The notes under the pieces are model-generated. The model saw nothing but the letters and a program-made list of their open reading frames with translations, was not told the DNA's origin and searched no databases. A program made the position numbers and the translations under genes. From Candidatus Eiseniibacteriota bacterium (GTDB lineage: Bacteria > Eisenbacteria > RBG-16-71-46 > CAVPCR01): a stretch of 64,000 nt of DNA. Below, in pieces: positions 28,374 through 37,581 of this stretch; the stretch's first letter is position 1; each line of letters starts with the position of its first letter. Location of the stretch: positions 544,001 through 608,000 of the forward strand of contig CAVPCR010000001.1 of NCBI GenBank assembly GCA_963702435.1, read 5' to 3'.

Positions 28374-28778
28374 TCACCTCGAGAAGAGTCGGCGCACGAA
28401 GTTGACGAGGCGCGACTCGGTCACGAACTCGTAGCCGCAGCGGGGACAGCAGAGGACCGCGCAGCCACCGGCCATGGGACAGCGCGTGCAGGCCATGGTC
28501 TCGCGGGTCGGCGTGAAGCGGTGGCCGCACAGACCGCAGGTGACCGCGGGCACCGCGGGTGCGGCGCCGGGAAGCCCGGCGGGGGACGGAGCCCCGGCGA
28601 GTGACGGATCCCCGGCGGGGGACGGAGCCCCGGCGAGTGACGGGTCCCCGGCGGGTGACGGATCCCCGGCGAGTGACGGAGCCCCGGCGAGTGACGGATC
28701 CCCGGCGGGCGCGGCGGCGCCGCGATCGCCGCCTTCGGCGACGCCGTTGCGCTTACGGAAGCGCACCGGGCTCGTCAT
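28374..28778 (-). CDS. Small 8-Cys metal-binding protein with repeat-expanded N-terminus
   Basis: CGLC..CTRCPMAGGCAVLCCPRC; ATG overlaps feoB stop (ATGA). Confidence 0.75.
   Translation of the reverse strand: MTSPVRFRKRNGVAEGGDRGAAAPAGDPSLAGAPSLAGDPSPAGDPSLAGAPSPAGDPSLAGAPSPAGLPGAAPAVPAVTCGLCGHRFTPTRETMACTRCPMAGGCAVLCCPRCGYEFVTESRLVNFVRRLFSR
28575..28710. repeat. 18-bp tandem repeat, ~7 units, in frame
   Basis: CCCCGGCG(A/G)G(T/G)GACGG(A/G)(T/G) units encoding AG(D/A)PS(L/P). Confidence 0.9.
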
Positions 28779-30805
28779 GGCGCACCGCCGAAGGTGACGC
28801 CGAACGCGCGGAGCGCGAAGTTCACGGCGCCGCCGGCGAGGAGCGCGAAGGGCAGGATGAAGGCCGTCATCCACAGCGTGGTCCTGAGGCCGCGTTCCTT
28901 GATCATCATGAACCAGTTGGCGATGCACGGAACGAAGAGGGTCATGGTGACGAGCGCGACCACCACCTGCACCGGATCGAGGAGCCCGTCCGCCTGGAGC
29001 TTGAAGAACCCGGCCGCCCCGTAGTCGCGGCGGAGGAAACCCATGATGAAGGCCCGGGCCGCGTCCGCCGGCAGCCCGAGCAGGCCGACCACGACCGGCG
29101 CCGACGCCCGCTCGATCAGGACCAGGAGGGAGAGGCGATCGAGGATGAAGAGGAGGAGCGTACCGACCAGGAAGAGCGGCAGCGCCTCCCTGAGGTACCA
29201 CTCGACGCGCGCCAGGGTCTTGACGACGATGTTCATGAGCTGCGGCCGCCGCATGGGCGGCAGCTCGAGCACGAAGCTCGAGCTCTCGCCAGGGATGACG
29301 CGGGCGGCGAGGAATCCGACGAGGAAGAGGATCGCGACCACGATGCCGCCCCACACCAGCGCGGCGGCGAGGCCGGCCCGCCCGAGCATCCCGAAGATGA
29401 CGCCGAGCTGGGCCGAACAGGGCACGCCGAGGGCGAGGAGGAGCGTGACCAGCACGCGCTCCTTGGGCCGATCGAGGATGCGCGTGGTGAGCGTCGCCAT
29501 GGTGTCGCAGCCGAGGCCGAGCACCATGGGCAGGACCGCTTTCCCGTTGAGCCCCATGCCCTGGAATACGCGATTCACCATGACCGCGAGCCGCGGCAGG
29601 TAGCCCGAGTCCTCGAGCAGCGAGAAGGCGATGAAGAAGGTGAAGACGATGGGCAGCACGATGGCGATGCCGTAGGTCAGCGCCATGGTGATGAGCCCGT
29701 ACTCGCCGACGAGGAGGTCGCGCAGGAAGGGCACCGGGATGAGCGCCGCGAAGCGGGTGGCGGCCGGATTGATCAGGCGCCCGAAGAGACCCTCCTCGAT
29801 CCAGCCCACGAGCGTGCCGGCGCCGAAGACGCCGACGAACTCGTAGAGGACGAAGAGGACCGCAGCGAGGAAGAACACCCCCCACACCGGGTGCATGGCC
29901 CACCCGCCGAGCCGGGCGGCGAATCCCGGCGCCCCGGGCTCGGCTCCGGTCAAGACCCCGGCGAGGAAGAGATCGATGTGCGCGAGCCGCTCGCGATTCA
30001 CGGCGGACGCGACGCCTTCCGGCCAGCGGCGGCGGAGATCCTCGATGATCGAATCGAGCCGCGCGACCGCCTCCGGTGCGAGATGCGCATGCACCCAGCC
30101 GGCGAGCGTCGCGTCGCCGGCGGCGAGCATGAGCGCGAGCGCGCGCCGCCCGCCGCGGCCGGGCGGCAAGAGGCTCTCGATCTCGCTCACGGCGGCCTCG
30201 ATCTCGGCCGAGTAGCGGACCGTGAAACCGGGCACGCGGGCCTGCGGCATGGCGTGGAGAAGCGCCTTCATGCCTTTCTTCCGGGTCGCCACCGTGGGCA
30301 CCACCGGCACCCCGAGGCGCTCCGCGAGGCGATCCACATCGAGCCGGATCCGGCGGCCGCGGAGCTCGTCCATCATGTTGAGGGCGAGGACGACCGGCAC
30401 CTCGAGCTCGGCGAGCTGGAGCGTGATGGCGAGAGCGCGGCGGAGGTTCTTGGCGTCGGCGACCTGCAGGACGAGCGGATCGTCCGCCCCGAGCAGGATG
30501 TCGCGGGTCACCCGCTCGTCCTCCGACATCGGCAGGAGCGTGTTGACCCCCGGCGTGTCGACGACCTCGGCGGCCGGAAAACCGCTCGCCGCCGCGGCGA
30601 CCGGCCGGCCCCGGGATACCTCGACCGTCGTCCCCGGGTAGTTGGAGACGATCACGTAGCGACCGGTCAGGAACCCGAAGAGGACGCTCTTCCCCACGTT
30701 CGGATTGCCGACGAGGAGGAGTGGGCGGCCGGGCGCAGCGCCGGCAGTCCGCTCCGGCACGCGGCCGGCCGCGGCCGGCCGCGGAGCGAGAAGCGTGTCA
30801 GCCAT
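28775..30805 (-). CDS. feoB: Ferrous iron transport protein B
   Basis: GNPNVGKS, NYPGTTVE, DTPG, NMMDE, LEDSGYLPR, LGLGC, PCSAQL, ELPP. Confidence 0.96.
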   Translation of the reverse strand: MADTLLAPRPAAAGRVPERTAGAAPGRPLLLVGNPNVGKSVLFGFLTGRYVIVSNYPGTTVEVSRGRPVAAAASGFPAAEVVDTPGVNTLLPMSEDERVTRDILLGADDPLVLQVADAKNLRRALAITLQLAELEVPVVLALNMMDELRGRRIRLDVDRLAERLGVPVVPTVATRKKGMKALLHAMPQARVPGFTVRYSAEIEAAVSEIESLLPPGRGGRRALALMLAAGDATLAGWVHAHLAPEAVARLDSIIEDLRRRWPEGVASAVNRERLAHIDLFLAGVLTGAEPGAPGFAARLGGWAMHPVWGVFFLAAVLFVLYEFVGVFGAGTLVGWIEEGLFGRLINPAATRFAALIPVPFLRDLLVGEYGLITMALTYGIAIVLPIVFTFFIAFSLLEDSGYLPRLAVMVNRVFQGMGLNGKAVLPMVLGLGCDTMATLTTRILDRPKERVLVTLLLALGVPCSAQLGVIFGMLGRAGLAAALVWGGIVVAILFLVGFLAARVIPGESSSFVLELPPMRRPQLMNIVVKTLARVEWYLREALPLFLVGTLLLFILDRLSLLVLIERASAPVVVGLLGLPADAARAFIMGFLRRDYGAAGFFKLQADGLLDPVQVVVALVTMTLFVPCIANWFMMIKERGLRTTLWMTAFILPFALLAGGAVNFALRAFGVTFGGAP

Positions 30806-31349
30806 GGCGCGGGCGCCTCCCGACCGCGGTGCGCTCGCCCCCGGCGCGCCCGTCGGCGCGCTCGCCCTGAGCGCAGGTCGCGCACAGCCCGAAGATGGTG
30901 AGGCGGTGGGTCACCGCCCGGAAGTCGTGCTCGGCGCAAGCCTCGTCCTGCAGCCGCTCGATCTCGGCGGACACGAACTCGGTCACGTGCCCGCAGGCCG
31001 TGCACACCATGTGATCGTGGTGCTCCCGGCCGTGCATCGGTTCGTAGGAGAAGGAGTCGCTTGCGAATCGCGAGCGGTCGACCAGACCGCATTGCACGAG
31101 GAGATCGAGCGTCCGGTAGACGGTGGCGCGCGAGACCAGGCTCTCCCGCACGCGCAGGTCGAGGTAGAGCTTCTCCGCGTCGAAGTGGTCGCCGGCGGCG
31201 AGGATCGCATCGAGGATCTCGATGCGTTCGCGCGTCATCCGCAGCCCGCGCGTGGCGATGAACTCGCGAAAGCGCGCGGCGAGAGCGCCGTGCTCCGCCA
31301 CGGCATCCGGGAGAGCGCTGATCCGATCCGGGCGAGGCTCCTTGCGCAT
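30798..31349 (-). CDS. fur: Fur-family transcriptional repressor
   Basis: R.TRER, HFDAE, SRATVYRTL, HHDHMVCTACG, GLCATC. Confidence 0.92.
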   Translation of the reverse strand: MRKEPRPDRISALPDAVAEHGALAARFREFIATRGLRMTRERIEILDAILAAGDHFDAEKLYLDLRVRESLVSRATVYRTLDLLVQCGLVDRSRFASDSFSYEPMHGREHHDHMVCTACGHVTEFVSAEIERLQDEACAEHDFRAVTHRLTIFGLCATCAQGERADGRAGGERTAVGRRPRHG

Positions 31350-31430
31350 GGTGTTCCTCGGGACAGCGGTCCGGGGTGGTGACCTGGGTCCGCGCGCGGC
31401 GCGCGGGTCCTCGGCTGGGGTCCTATTGCT

Positions 31431-31481
31431 ATTACGACTGAATCTCAATAACAGATTAGCGCGTCCTCCGGAGCGGCGCAA
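31431..31481 (-). promoter_or_regulatory. Promoter with overlapping Fur-box-like operator
   Basis: Minus strand TTGCGC-17 nt-TAATCT, then imperfect palindrome ATTGAGATTCAGTCGTAAT (31431-31449) over the predicted start site. Confidence 0.65.
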
Positions 31482-31555
31482 GCGTCTTTCACGGACTTGT
31501 TCATGGGAAAGCCCGAGCCGGACATCAGATCTTTATCCTGTTGTTAATAAATACT

Positions 31556-32164
31556 TTATGTCAATCCGTCGCGTGCCGCACGGAGGTCCTCCGGCCGGTT
31601 GAGGTTCGTGAAGCCCCGCTCCACCTCGTCGGCAGGGCCCAGGACCGATGCCGGAACGAGGCGGGCCCCCGCGATCGCCAGGAGATCGGTCATCCGCCGC
31701 GACCCGGCAGCCAGGGAGCGAAGCGCGTACGGCGCGACCGCTCGCCCGTAGAGGCCGACGAGAGGTTCGCGCCGCGCGCCGGGGAGAAGAGGCATCGCGG
31801 CCGGCGCCTCGGCCGCTGCGAAGATGAAGCGCGCGAGGTGGATGGGCTCGAGGTGCGGCAGGTCGCACGCGACGAGGAGGACCCGCGGCGCCACCTGCAG
31901 GGCCGCCAGGAGTCCGGCGAGCGGGCCCTGTCCGGCGAGACCCGGAGGATCGGGTAACCACGGCCGGCCCAACCGCTCGTAGCCGCGACCCGACCCGCCG
32001 ACCAGGATCACGCGTGGAACCACCCGCGCCACGATCGCCGCCACGTGCAAGGCGAGCGGCCGTCCGGCCCAGTCGAGGAGCGCCTTGTCCTCTCCCATGC
32101 GCCGGCTCGCGCCGCCGACGAGCACCGCGCCGATCGTGTGCGCTGCCGGGAATCCCTTTGACAC
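31556..32164 (-). CDS. mobA: Molybdenum cofactor guanylyltransferase
   Basis: VLVGGASRRMGEDKALL, GPLAGL, VACDLP, EPL..LY, NLNRPED; start approximate. Confidence 0.9.
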   Translation of the reverse strand: MSKGFPAAHTIGAVLVGGASRRMGEDKALLDWAGRPLALHVAAIVARVVPRVILVGGSGRGYERLGRPWLPDPPGLAGQGPLAGLLAALQVAPRVLLVACDLPHLEPIHLARFIFAAAEAPAAMPLLPGARREPLVGLYGRAVAPYALRSLAAGSRRMTDLLAIAGARLVPASVLGPADEVERGFTNLNRPEDLRAARDGLT

Positions 32165-32278
32165 GTTTCGAGCGCGCTGCTTAGAGTGCGCGCGATCCCT
32201 GGAGCGCGGCGTGTCCATGGAGTCGCTTGGAGCAGAAGGTCGGAGGGTCGCAGTCCAACCGTCACTGGAAACCTTGCC

Positions 32279-33796
32279 GTGAGCCTCGATCGCCTCATCG
32301 ATGTCTACATCGGAGCCTACGCGCTCGTCGCCGGCGTGCTCGCCCTCTACGGCGTCCATGCGTACGTCCTCCTCCATCTCTACTCCCGCGTGCGGCGGCG
32401 CGCCGCCCCGCTCCCCGCCTTCCCCGCCGATCCGCCGGCCGTCACGGTCCAGCTTCCCATCTACAACGAGCTCTACGTGGTCGAGCGGCTCCTCGCTGCG
32501 GTCGCGGCGATCCGCTATCCGCGCGATCGCTTCGAGATCCAGGTGCTCGACGACTCGACCGATGAAACCGTGGATCGCGTGCGCGAGCTCGTTCCCCGCT
32601 TCGCCGCCCAGGGCATCGATATCGTGCACGTGCGCCGGCCGGACCGGCGCGGGTTCAAGGGCGGGGCGCTCCGCCATGGGCTCGCCCGGGCGAAGGGTGA
32701 GCTCATCGCCATCTTCGACGCCGATTTCGTGCCCCCGCCCGACTTCCTCGAGCGCACGGTGCCCTACTTCGCCGATCCGGGGCTCGGCCTCGTGCAGGCG
32801 CGGTGGGGCCATCTGAACGCCGATTACTCGGCGCTCACGCGCGGGCAGGCAGTGGCCCTCAACGGGCATTTCCTGATCGAGCAGACGGTGCGCAACCGCG
32901 CCGGCGCCTTCATGAACTTCAACGGCACCGCGGGCATCTGGCGGCGGCGCACCATCGAGGACGCCGGCAACTGGCAGGACGACACGCTCACCGAGGACCT
33001 CGACCTGAGCTACCGCGCGCAGCTCGGCGGATCGCGCTTCCTCTTCCTCCCCGACCTCGTCTGTCCGGCCGAGCTGCCGGGGGAGGTGAACGCCTTCAAG
33101 ACCCAGCAGTATCGCTGGGCTCGCGGCTCGCTCGAGACCGCGCGCAAGGTGCTGCCGCGCCTCCTCCGCGCCGATCTCTCGTGGTTCGCCAAGACGCAGG
33201 CGGCGATCCACCTCACCAATCACCTGGTCTACCCGCTCCTCCTCGTCCTCGCGCTCTCGACCCTGCCGACCCTCATCCTGCAGCACGAATCCCCGGCCCA
33301 CCGCCCGGTGTTCCGGCTCCTGACCGCCCTCGTCATCGCGAGCTTCGGCCATCCGCTCCTCTACGCGGTCGCCGAGCGGGAGATCACGAGGGCCTGGCGG
33401 CGGCAGCTCCTCGTGCTGCCGGTGATCCTCGCCGGCGGGATGGGCATCGCCGTCAATAACACGCTGGCGCTCGTCGCGGCCTGGCGGGGCGCGCCGGGCG
33501 AGTTCGTGCGCACGCCGAAGTACCACCTCATCGATCGGAGCGGGCACTGGGTCGACAAGCGCTACCGCCCGCGCTGCTCGCGACTGGCCGGGGTCGAGCT
33601 CGCGCTCGCCGCCTACCTCGCGGTGGCGGTCACCTACGCGCTCGCCACCGGCTCCTACGCGATCGTGCCTTTCCTCCTCCTCTACCTCTCCGGTTTCCTC
33701 TACATCGGGGTCCTCTCGGTGCGCCATGCGCGCCGGAGCGAGCACCCGGATCGCGTGCCCCTCGATCTGGGCGTGCCGGTCGCGGCCGAGGGCTAG
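32279..33796 (+). CDS. GT2 cellulose-synthase-like membrane glycosyltransferase
   Basis: VTVQLPIYNE, VLDDSTD, FDADF, TLTEDLDLS, QQYRW; TM segments. Confidence 0.9.
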   Translation: MSLDRLIDVYIGAYALVAGVLALYGVHAYVLLHLYSRVRRRAAPLPAFPADPPAVTVQLPIYNELYVVERLLAAVAAIRYPRDRFEIQVLDDSTDETVDRVRELVPRFAAQGIDIVHVRRPDRRGFKGGALRHGLARAKGELIAIFDADFVPPPDFLERTVPYFADPGLGLVQARWGHLNADYSALTRGQAVALNGHFLIEQTVRNRAGAFMNFNGTAGIWRRRTIEDAGNWQDDTLTEDLDLSYRAQLGGSRFLFLPDLVCPAELPGEVNAFKTQQYRWARGSLETARKVLPRLLRADLSWFAKTQAAIHLTNHLVYPLLLVLALSTLPTLILQHESPAHRPVFRLLTALVIASFGHPLLYAVAEREITRAWRRQLLVLPVILAGGMGIAVNNTLALVAAWRGAPGEFVRTPKYHLIDRSGHWVDKRYRPRCSRLAGVELALAAYLAVAVTYALATGSYAIVPFLLLYLSGFLYIGVLSVRHARRSEHPDRVPLDLGVPVAAEG

Positions 33797-35102
33797 GGGG
33801 GCTCGGGCCCGCGCGGCTGAGGACCCCGATCGCGAGCGGGATCGCGAACTCGAGCCCGCGCACCCACGGCCGAACCTCGTAGACCCCCACCGCGAGTTCG
33901 CGGCTCACGGCCAGATAGGCGAGCGCGATCGAACCGGTCCAGGCCACGAGCGCCGGTTCCGGGCGCACGGCGAGCAGCGGCACGATCCAGGTCAGATACC
34001 AGGGATGGAGGACCGGGGAGAGGAGGAGCGCCGCCGTCATCGCGGCGAGCGCCGTCGACTCGAGGCTCGCCCGCCGGAGACGGCACGCGGCGAGAACGCC
34101 GCCGAGGAGGAGGAGCGCGAGCCCCTTCGCCGTGTCCGGCGAGCCGGTGAGCGCGACCAGCCCCGCGAAGGCGACGTCGTTCCCGCGCCAGCGCGCCGCG
34201 AACGTGCCGAGCGACCCGGTCGGATCGACGCCGTGCGCGGCGAAGGGGAGAACGCCGGCGGCGAGGACGAGCGGCAGCACGAACCAGGCGCGCCGCGGCG
34301 TGCGCGCGAGGAAAGCGGGGACGAGGAGCAACGGAAAGAGCTTGGCGAGCGCCGCGGCGCCGAGCGCGGCAAGGGCGAGCCGGTGGCGGGCCGCGGCGAG
34401 CGCGGCGAGCGCGCCGGTGAGGAGCGCGATGCCGATCGCATCCACGTGACCCATGCCGGCGAACTCGAGGATGACGAGCGGGCACCAGGCCTGGACGACG
34501 AGGCGACCGGCCGGCAACCCGAGCGCCCGGAGGAGGAGAGCGAGGGCCGCCAGCGCGAGGAGATCCATGACCGCCATCGCCGCCTTGATCCCGATCGGCG
34601 CCGGCCACACGGTGGCCACGCCGGCGAAGACGACCTGGGCCGCCGGCGGATAGATGGTGGGGAGCTCCGGGTGATTGATCGCCGCATGATGCCCGTCGCG
34701 CAGCGTGACGAGTTCGGCGGCGGCCGGCGGATGGCGATAGGGATTCACCCCGGAGGCGAGCACGCGCCCGTCCCACAGGTAGCGGTAGAGGTCGTCGGAA
34801 AGGGACGGCGGCGCGGCCAGGGCCGCCAGGCGAAAGACGATCGCGAAACCGAGGGCCAGGCGGAGACTCGCGCGGTCGAGGCGCGCTCCGGCTCCGGTCC
34901 GGACGAGGAGGAGTGCGTAGGTCGCGAAGAGGACGGTATGGAGAGCGAGAAAGAGCGGGATCCGCGGTGCGAGGTCGCCGGCCGCAGCGAGCCCGGCCCA
35001 GCCGGCGAGAGACAGGACGCCGAGCGCGAAGACGAGGCGCCGGCCGGAATCCCCGGCCGGCGCCTGCCTCAACCCGACCCGCGCCGCCGCGGGTTCGCTC
35101 AC
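33630..35102 (-). CDS. GT87-like integral membrane glycosyltransferase
   Basis: [28 protein letters not shown]; true stop may be 33793 if a base is missing in a G6 run. Confidence 0.8.
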   Translation of the reverse strand: MSEPAAARVGLRQAPAGDSGRRLVFALGVLSLAGWAGLAAAGDLAPRIPLFLALHTVLFATYALLLVRTGAGARLDRASLRLALGFAIVFRLAALAAPPSLSDDLYRYLWDGRVLASGVNPYRHPPAAAELVTLRDGHHAAINHPELPTIYPPAAQVVFAGVATVWPAPIGIKAAMAVMDLLALAALALLLRALGLPAGRLVVQAWCPLVILEFAGMGHVDAIGIALLTGALAALAAARHRLALAALGAAALAKLFPLLLVPAFLARTPRRAWFVLPLVLAAGVLPFAAHGVDPTGSLGTFAARWRGNDVAFAGLVALTGSPDTAKGLALLLLGGVLAACRLRRASLESTALAAMTAALLLSPVLHPWYLTWIVPLLAVRPEPALVAWTGSIALAYLAVSRELAVGVYEVRPWVRGLEFAIPLAIGVLSRAGPSPPSPRPRPARPDRGARDPGARSGAHGAPRGPRCRGNRRGRGGGKARSRRSRWRARR

Positions 35103-36037
35103 GCCGTGGCGCGGCTCTTCATGACGTCGACGAGCTCGCGGACCGCTCCCGCCGACTTCATGAGCGCCGCCTTCTCGTCGTCGCGGAGCTTGACCTCGAC
35201 GATCTGCTCGATCCCGGCCGCGCCCAGCTTCACGGGCACACCGACGAAGAGGTCCTTCACGCCGTACTCGCCGCGCAGATAGGCGGCGCAGGGCAGGATC
35301 TTCTTCTTGTCCTTGAGGATGGCGTCGACCATCTCGACCGTCGCCGCCGACGGGGCGTAGTAGGCGCTCCCGGTCTTCAGGAGCGAGACGATCTCGGCGC
35401 CGCCACCCCGCGTCCGCTGCACCAGGCGATCGATGGTCGCCTGGTCCATGAGCTCGGTGATCGGAACGCCGGCCACGGTCGAGAACCGCGGCAGCGGCAC
35501 CATCGTGTCGCCGTGCCCGCCGAGGACGAAGGCATGGGTGTTCTCGACCGACACCCCGAGCTCCATGGCGATGAAGGTGCGGAAGCGGGCCGAGTCGAGG
35601 ATGCCCGCCATCCCGATCACCCGTTCCGGCTTCAACTTCGATTCATCGAGCGCCACGTGGCACATGGCGTCGAGCGGATTGGTGACGACGATGATGATCG
35701 GATTGGGCGTGTGCGGCATGATCTTGCGCGTGACATCGCGCACGATCTCCACGTTGGCCATCAGGAGGTCGTCGCGGCTCATCCCCGGCTTGCGCGGGAA
35801 GCCGGCGGTGATGACCACGATGTCGGACCCGGCGGTGTCCTTGTAGTCATTGGTCCCGGTGCAGCGCCCGTCGGACCCGACGATGGGCGCGGCCTGCGCC
35901 ATGTCGAGCCCCTTGCCCTGCGGCACTCCCTCCAGGATGTCGATCATGCAGACATCGGCCAGCTCGAGGTCGACGATACGCTGGGCCAGCGTCGCGCCGA
36001 CGTGCCCCGAGCCGACGACGGTCACCTTGCGGTTCAT
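35099..36037 (-). CDS. mdh: Malate dehydrogenase (LDH-like)
   Basis: [50 protein letters not shown]. Confidence 0.96.
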   Translation of the reverse strand: MNRKVTVVGSGHVGATLAQRIVDLELADVCMIDILEGVPQGKGLDMAQAAPIVGSDGRCTGTNDYKDTAGSDIVVITAGFPRKPGMSRDDLLMANVEIVRDVTRKIMPHTPNPIIIVVTNPLDAMCHVALDESKLKPERVIGMAGILDSARFRTFIAMELGVSVENTHAFVLGGHGDTMVPLPRFSTVAGVPITELMDQATIDRLVQRTRGGGAEIVSLLKTGSAYYAPSAATVEMVDAILKDKKKILPCAAYLRGEYGVKDLFVGVPVKLGAAGIEQIVEVKLRDDEKAALMKSAGAVRELVDVMKSRATA

Positions 36038-36117
36038 GGCTCCTCCCCCTTCCCTTCCGGTGCGCCTGCCGGAGCGCACCCCGCGGTGCGCTCCGCTGTG
36101 GACCGCCCGCCCTGCCG

Positions 36118-36828
36118 CTAGGCCGGGCGCCGGGTGCGAATGAGATCGAGGAACTCCATTCGCACCTTGGAATCGGTGCGGAAGCTCCCGAGCATGCAGC
36201 TCGTGACTGCGATCGAGTTCTGCTTCTCGATGCCCCGCATCATCATGCACATGTGATAGGCCTCGATCACCACACCCACTCCCTCGGGCCTGAGCGCATC
36301 CTGGACGCAGTGGCCGATCTCGCGCGTCATGCGCTCCTGCACCTGCAGGCGGCGGGCGTAGATGTCGACGAGACGGGCGATCTTCGAGAGCCCGGCGATC
36401 TTCTGCGTCGGGATGTACGCGACGTGGCAGCGCCCGACGAAGGGCAGCAGGTGATGCTCGCACAGGCTGTAGATGTCGATGTCCTTGACCAGGACCATCT
36501 CGTCGTAGGACTCGGTGAACACGGCGTCGCCGAGAACGTCGTAGGGATTCTGGTCGTAGCCGCGCGTGAGATAGGCGAGCGCGCGCGCGACCCGCTCCGG
36601 GGTCTTCTGGAGCCCCTCCCGGCTCGGGTCCTCGCCGAGGAGCGCGAGCTGCCGCCCGACGAGCTCGGCGAGCTCGGCGGCGTGGGCGGTCGCCGTTCGG
36701 TTCCCGATCGGGTAGCGGCCGTCCGGATCCTCGGCGACGTAGGCCGGCGCCGGCGCGCTCCGTGCGGCGCGGCGCCCGGCCGGGCGCCGGGCCGGCGTCC
36801 TGCTACGGCCCGACTTTCCGCTCTTCAC
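36118..36828 (-). CDS. folE: GTP cyclohydrolase I
   Basis: [45 protein letters not shown]. Confidence 0.96.
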   Translation of the reverse strand: MKSGKSGRSRTPARRPAGRRAARSAPAPAYVAEDPDGRYPIGNRTATAHAAELAELVGRQLALLGEDPSREGLQKTPERVARALAYLTRGYDQNPYDVLGDAVFTESYDEMVLVKDIDIYSLCEHHLLPFVGRCHVAYIPTQKIAGLSKIARLVDIYARRLQVQERMTREIGHCVQDALRPEGVGVVIEAYHMCMMMRGIEKQNSIAVTSCMLGSFRTDSKVRMEFLDLIRTRRPA

Positions 36829-36843
36829 GGGTCGTTCTCCCTG

Positions 36844-37326
36844 TCACTCGCCGAAGTAGTCGGCGTAGTTCTGGTCCGACTCGTAGACGCGCACGCAGTG
36901 GAGGACCCCGGCGGGAATCCAGGGCGCGAGCTCGCGCCAGAACACGACCGCCAGGTTCTCCGCGGTCGGATTCACGCCGCGAAGGAAATCCACGTCCTCG
37001 TTCAGGTGCTTGTGGTCGACCCGGTCCACGATGCGCTCGTTCATGATGCGCTTGAGCTGCGCCAGGTCGATGACGAAGCCGGTTTCGGGATCGACGGCGC
37101 CGCGCACCGAGACCTCGAGCGTGTAGTTGTGCCCGTGCCCCTTCGGGTTGTTGCAGTGGCCGAAGGTGGCCCAGTTCTCCGCCTCGGTCAAGGCCGGATT
37201 GGTGAGACGATGGGCGGCCGAGAAGTAAACGCGGCGCACCACGCAGGCGAGCGGCCCGGGCGCCCCGGGCCGCCCCTGCCCCGCGGCGCGCGGAGCGGCG
37301 GCGGAGTCGGCATGAGGTCCGTTCAC
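36844..37326 (-). CDS. 6-pyruvoyl/6-carboxy-tetrahydropterin synthase family protein
   Basis: FSAAHRL, CNNPKGHGHNY, DHKHLN, PTAENL; start approximate. Confidence 0.9.
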   Translation of the reverse strand: MNGPHADSAAAPRAAGQGRPGAPGPLACVVRRVYFSAAHRLTNPALTEAENWATFGHCNNPKGHGHNYTLEVSVRGAVDPETGFVIDLAQLKRIMNERIVDRVDHKHLNEDVDFLRGVNPTAENLAVVFWRELAPWIPAGVLHCVRVYESDQNYADYFGE

Positions 37327-37581
37327 GTATTCTGACCTCCCCTGCGCGGTGAGATCACACCGGCCGGGCAGGCGTTGCTCGCCGGCCGTCCGGTGCGCGC
37401 CGGCAGGATGGAGTGGCGGGAGGCACGGCCGATCCAGGCCCGGGAGTATGCCAAGTCCGCCCGGCCCCCGCAAGCAGCCGCTGCCCGCCTTCCGTCGCGC
37501 GACGGCGAATCATCGCCGCCGCGGAGGCGACGTCGTCCGGCCGGACGACCGGCGGGAGAGACGGGGCCTCTTGAGACCAGG

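Noticed and set aside
28575..28710. Tandem 18-bp repeats as a CRISPR array
   Set aside because: No unique spacers, unit too short, in frame within a CDS, no cas genes
33630..33801. 167-bp convergent overlap of two glycosyltransferase genes
   Set aside because: One more base in the G6 run at 33796-33801 would stop the minus gene at 33793, giving a CTAG stop overlap like 57442-57445; probably a homopolymer error
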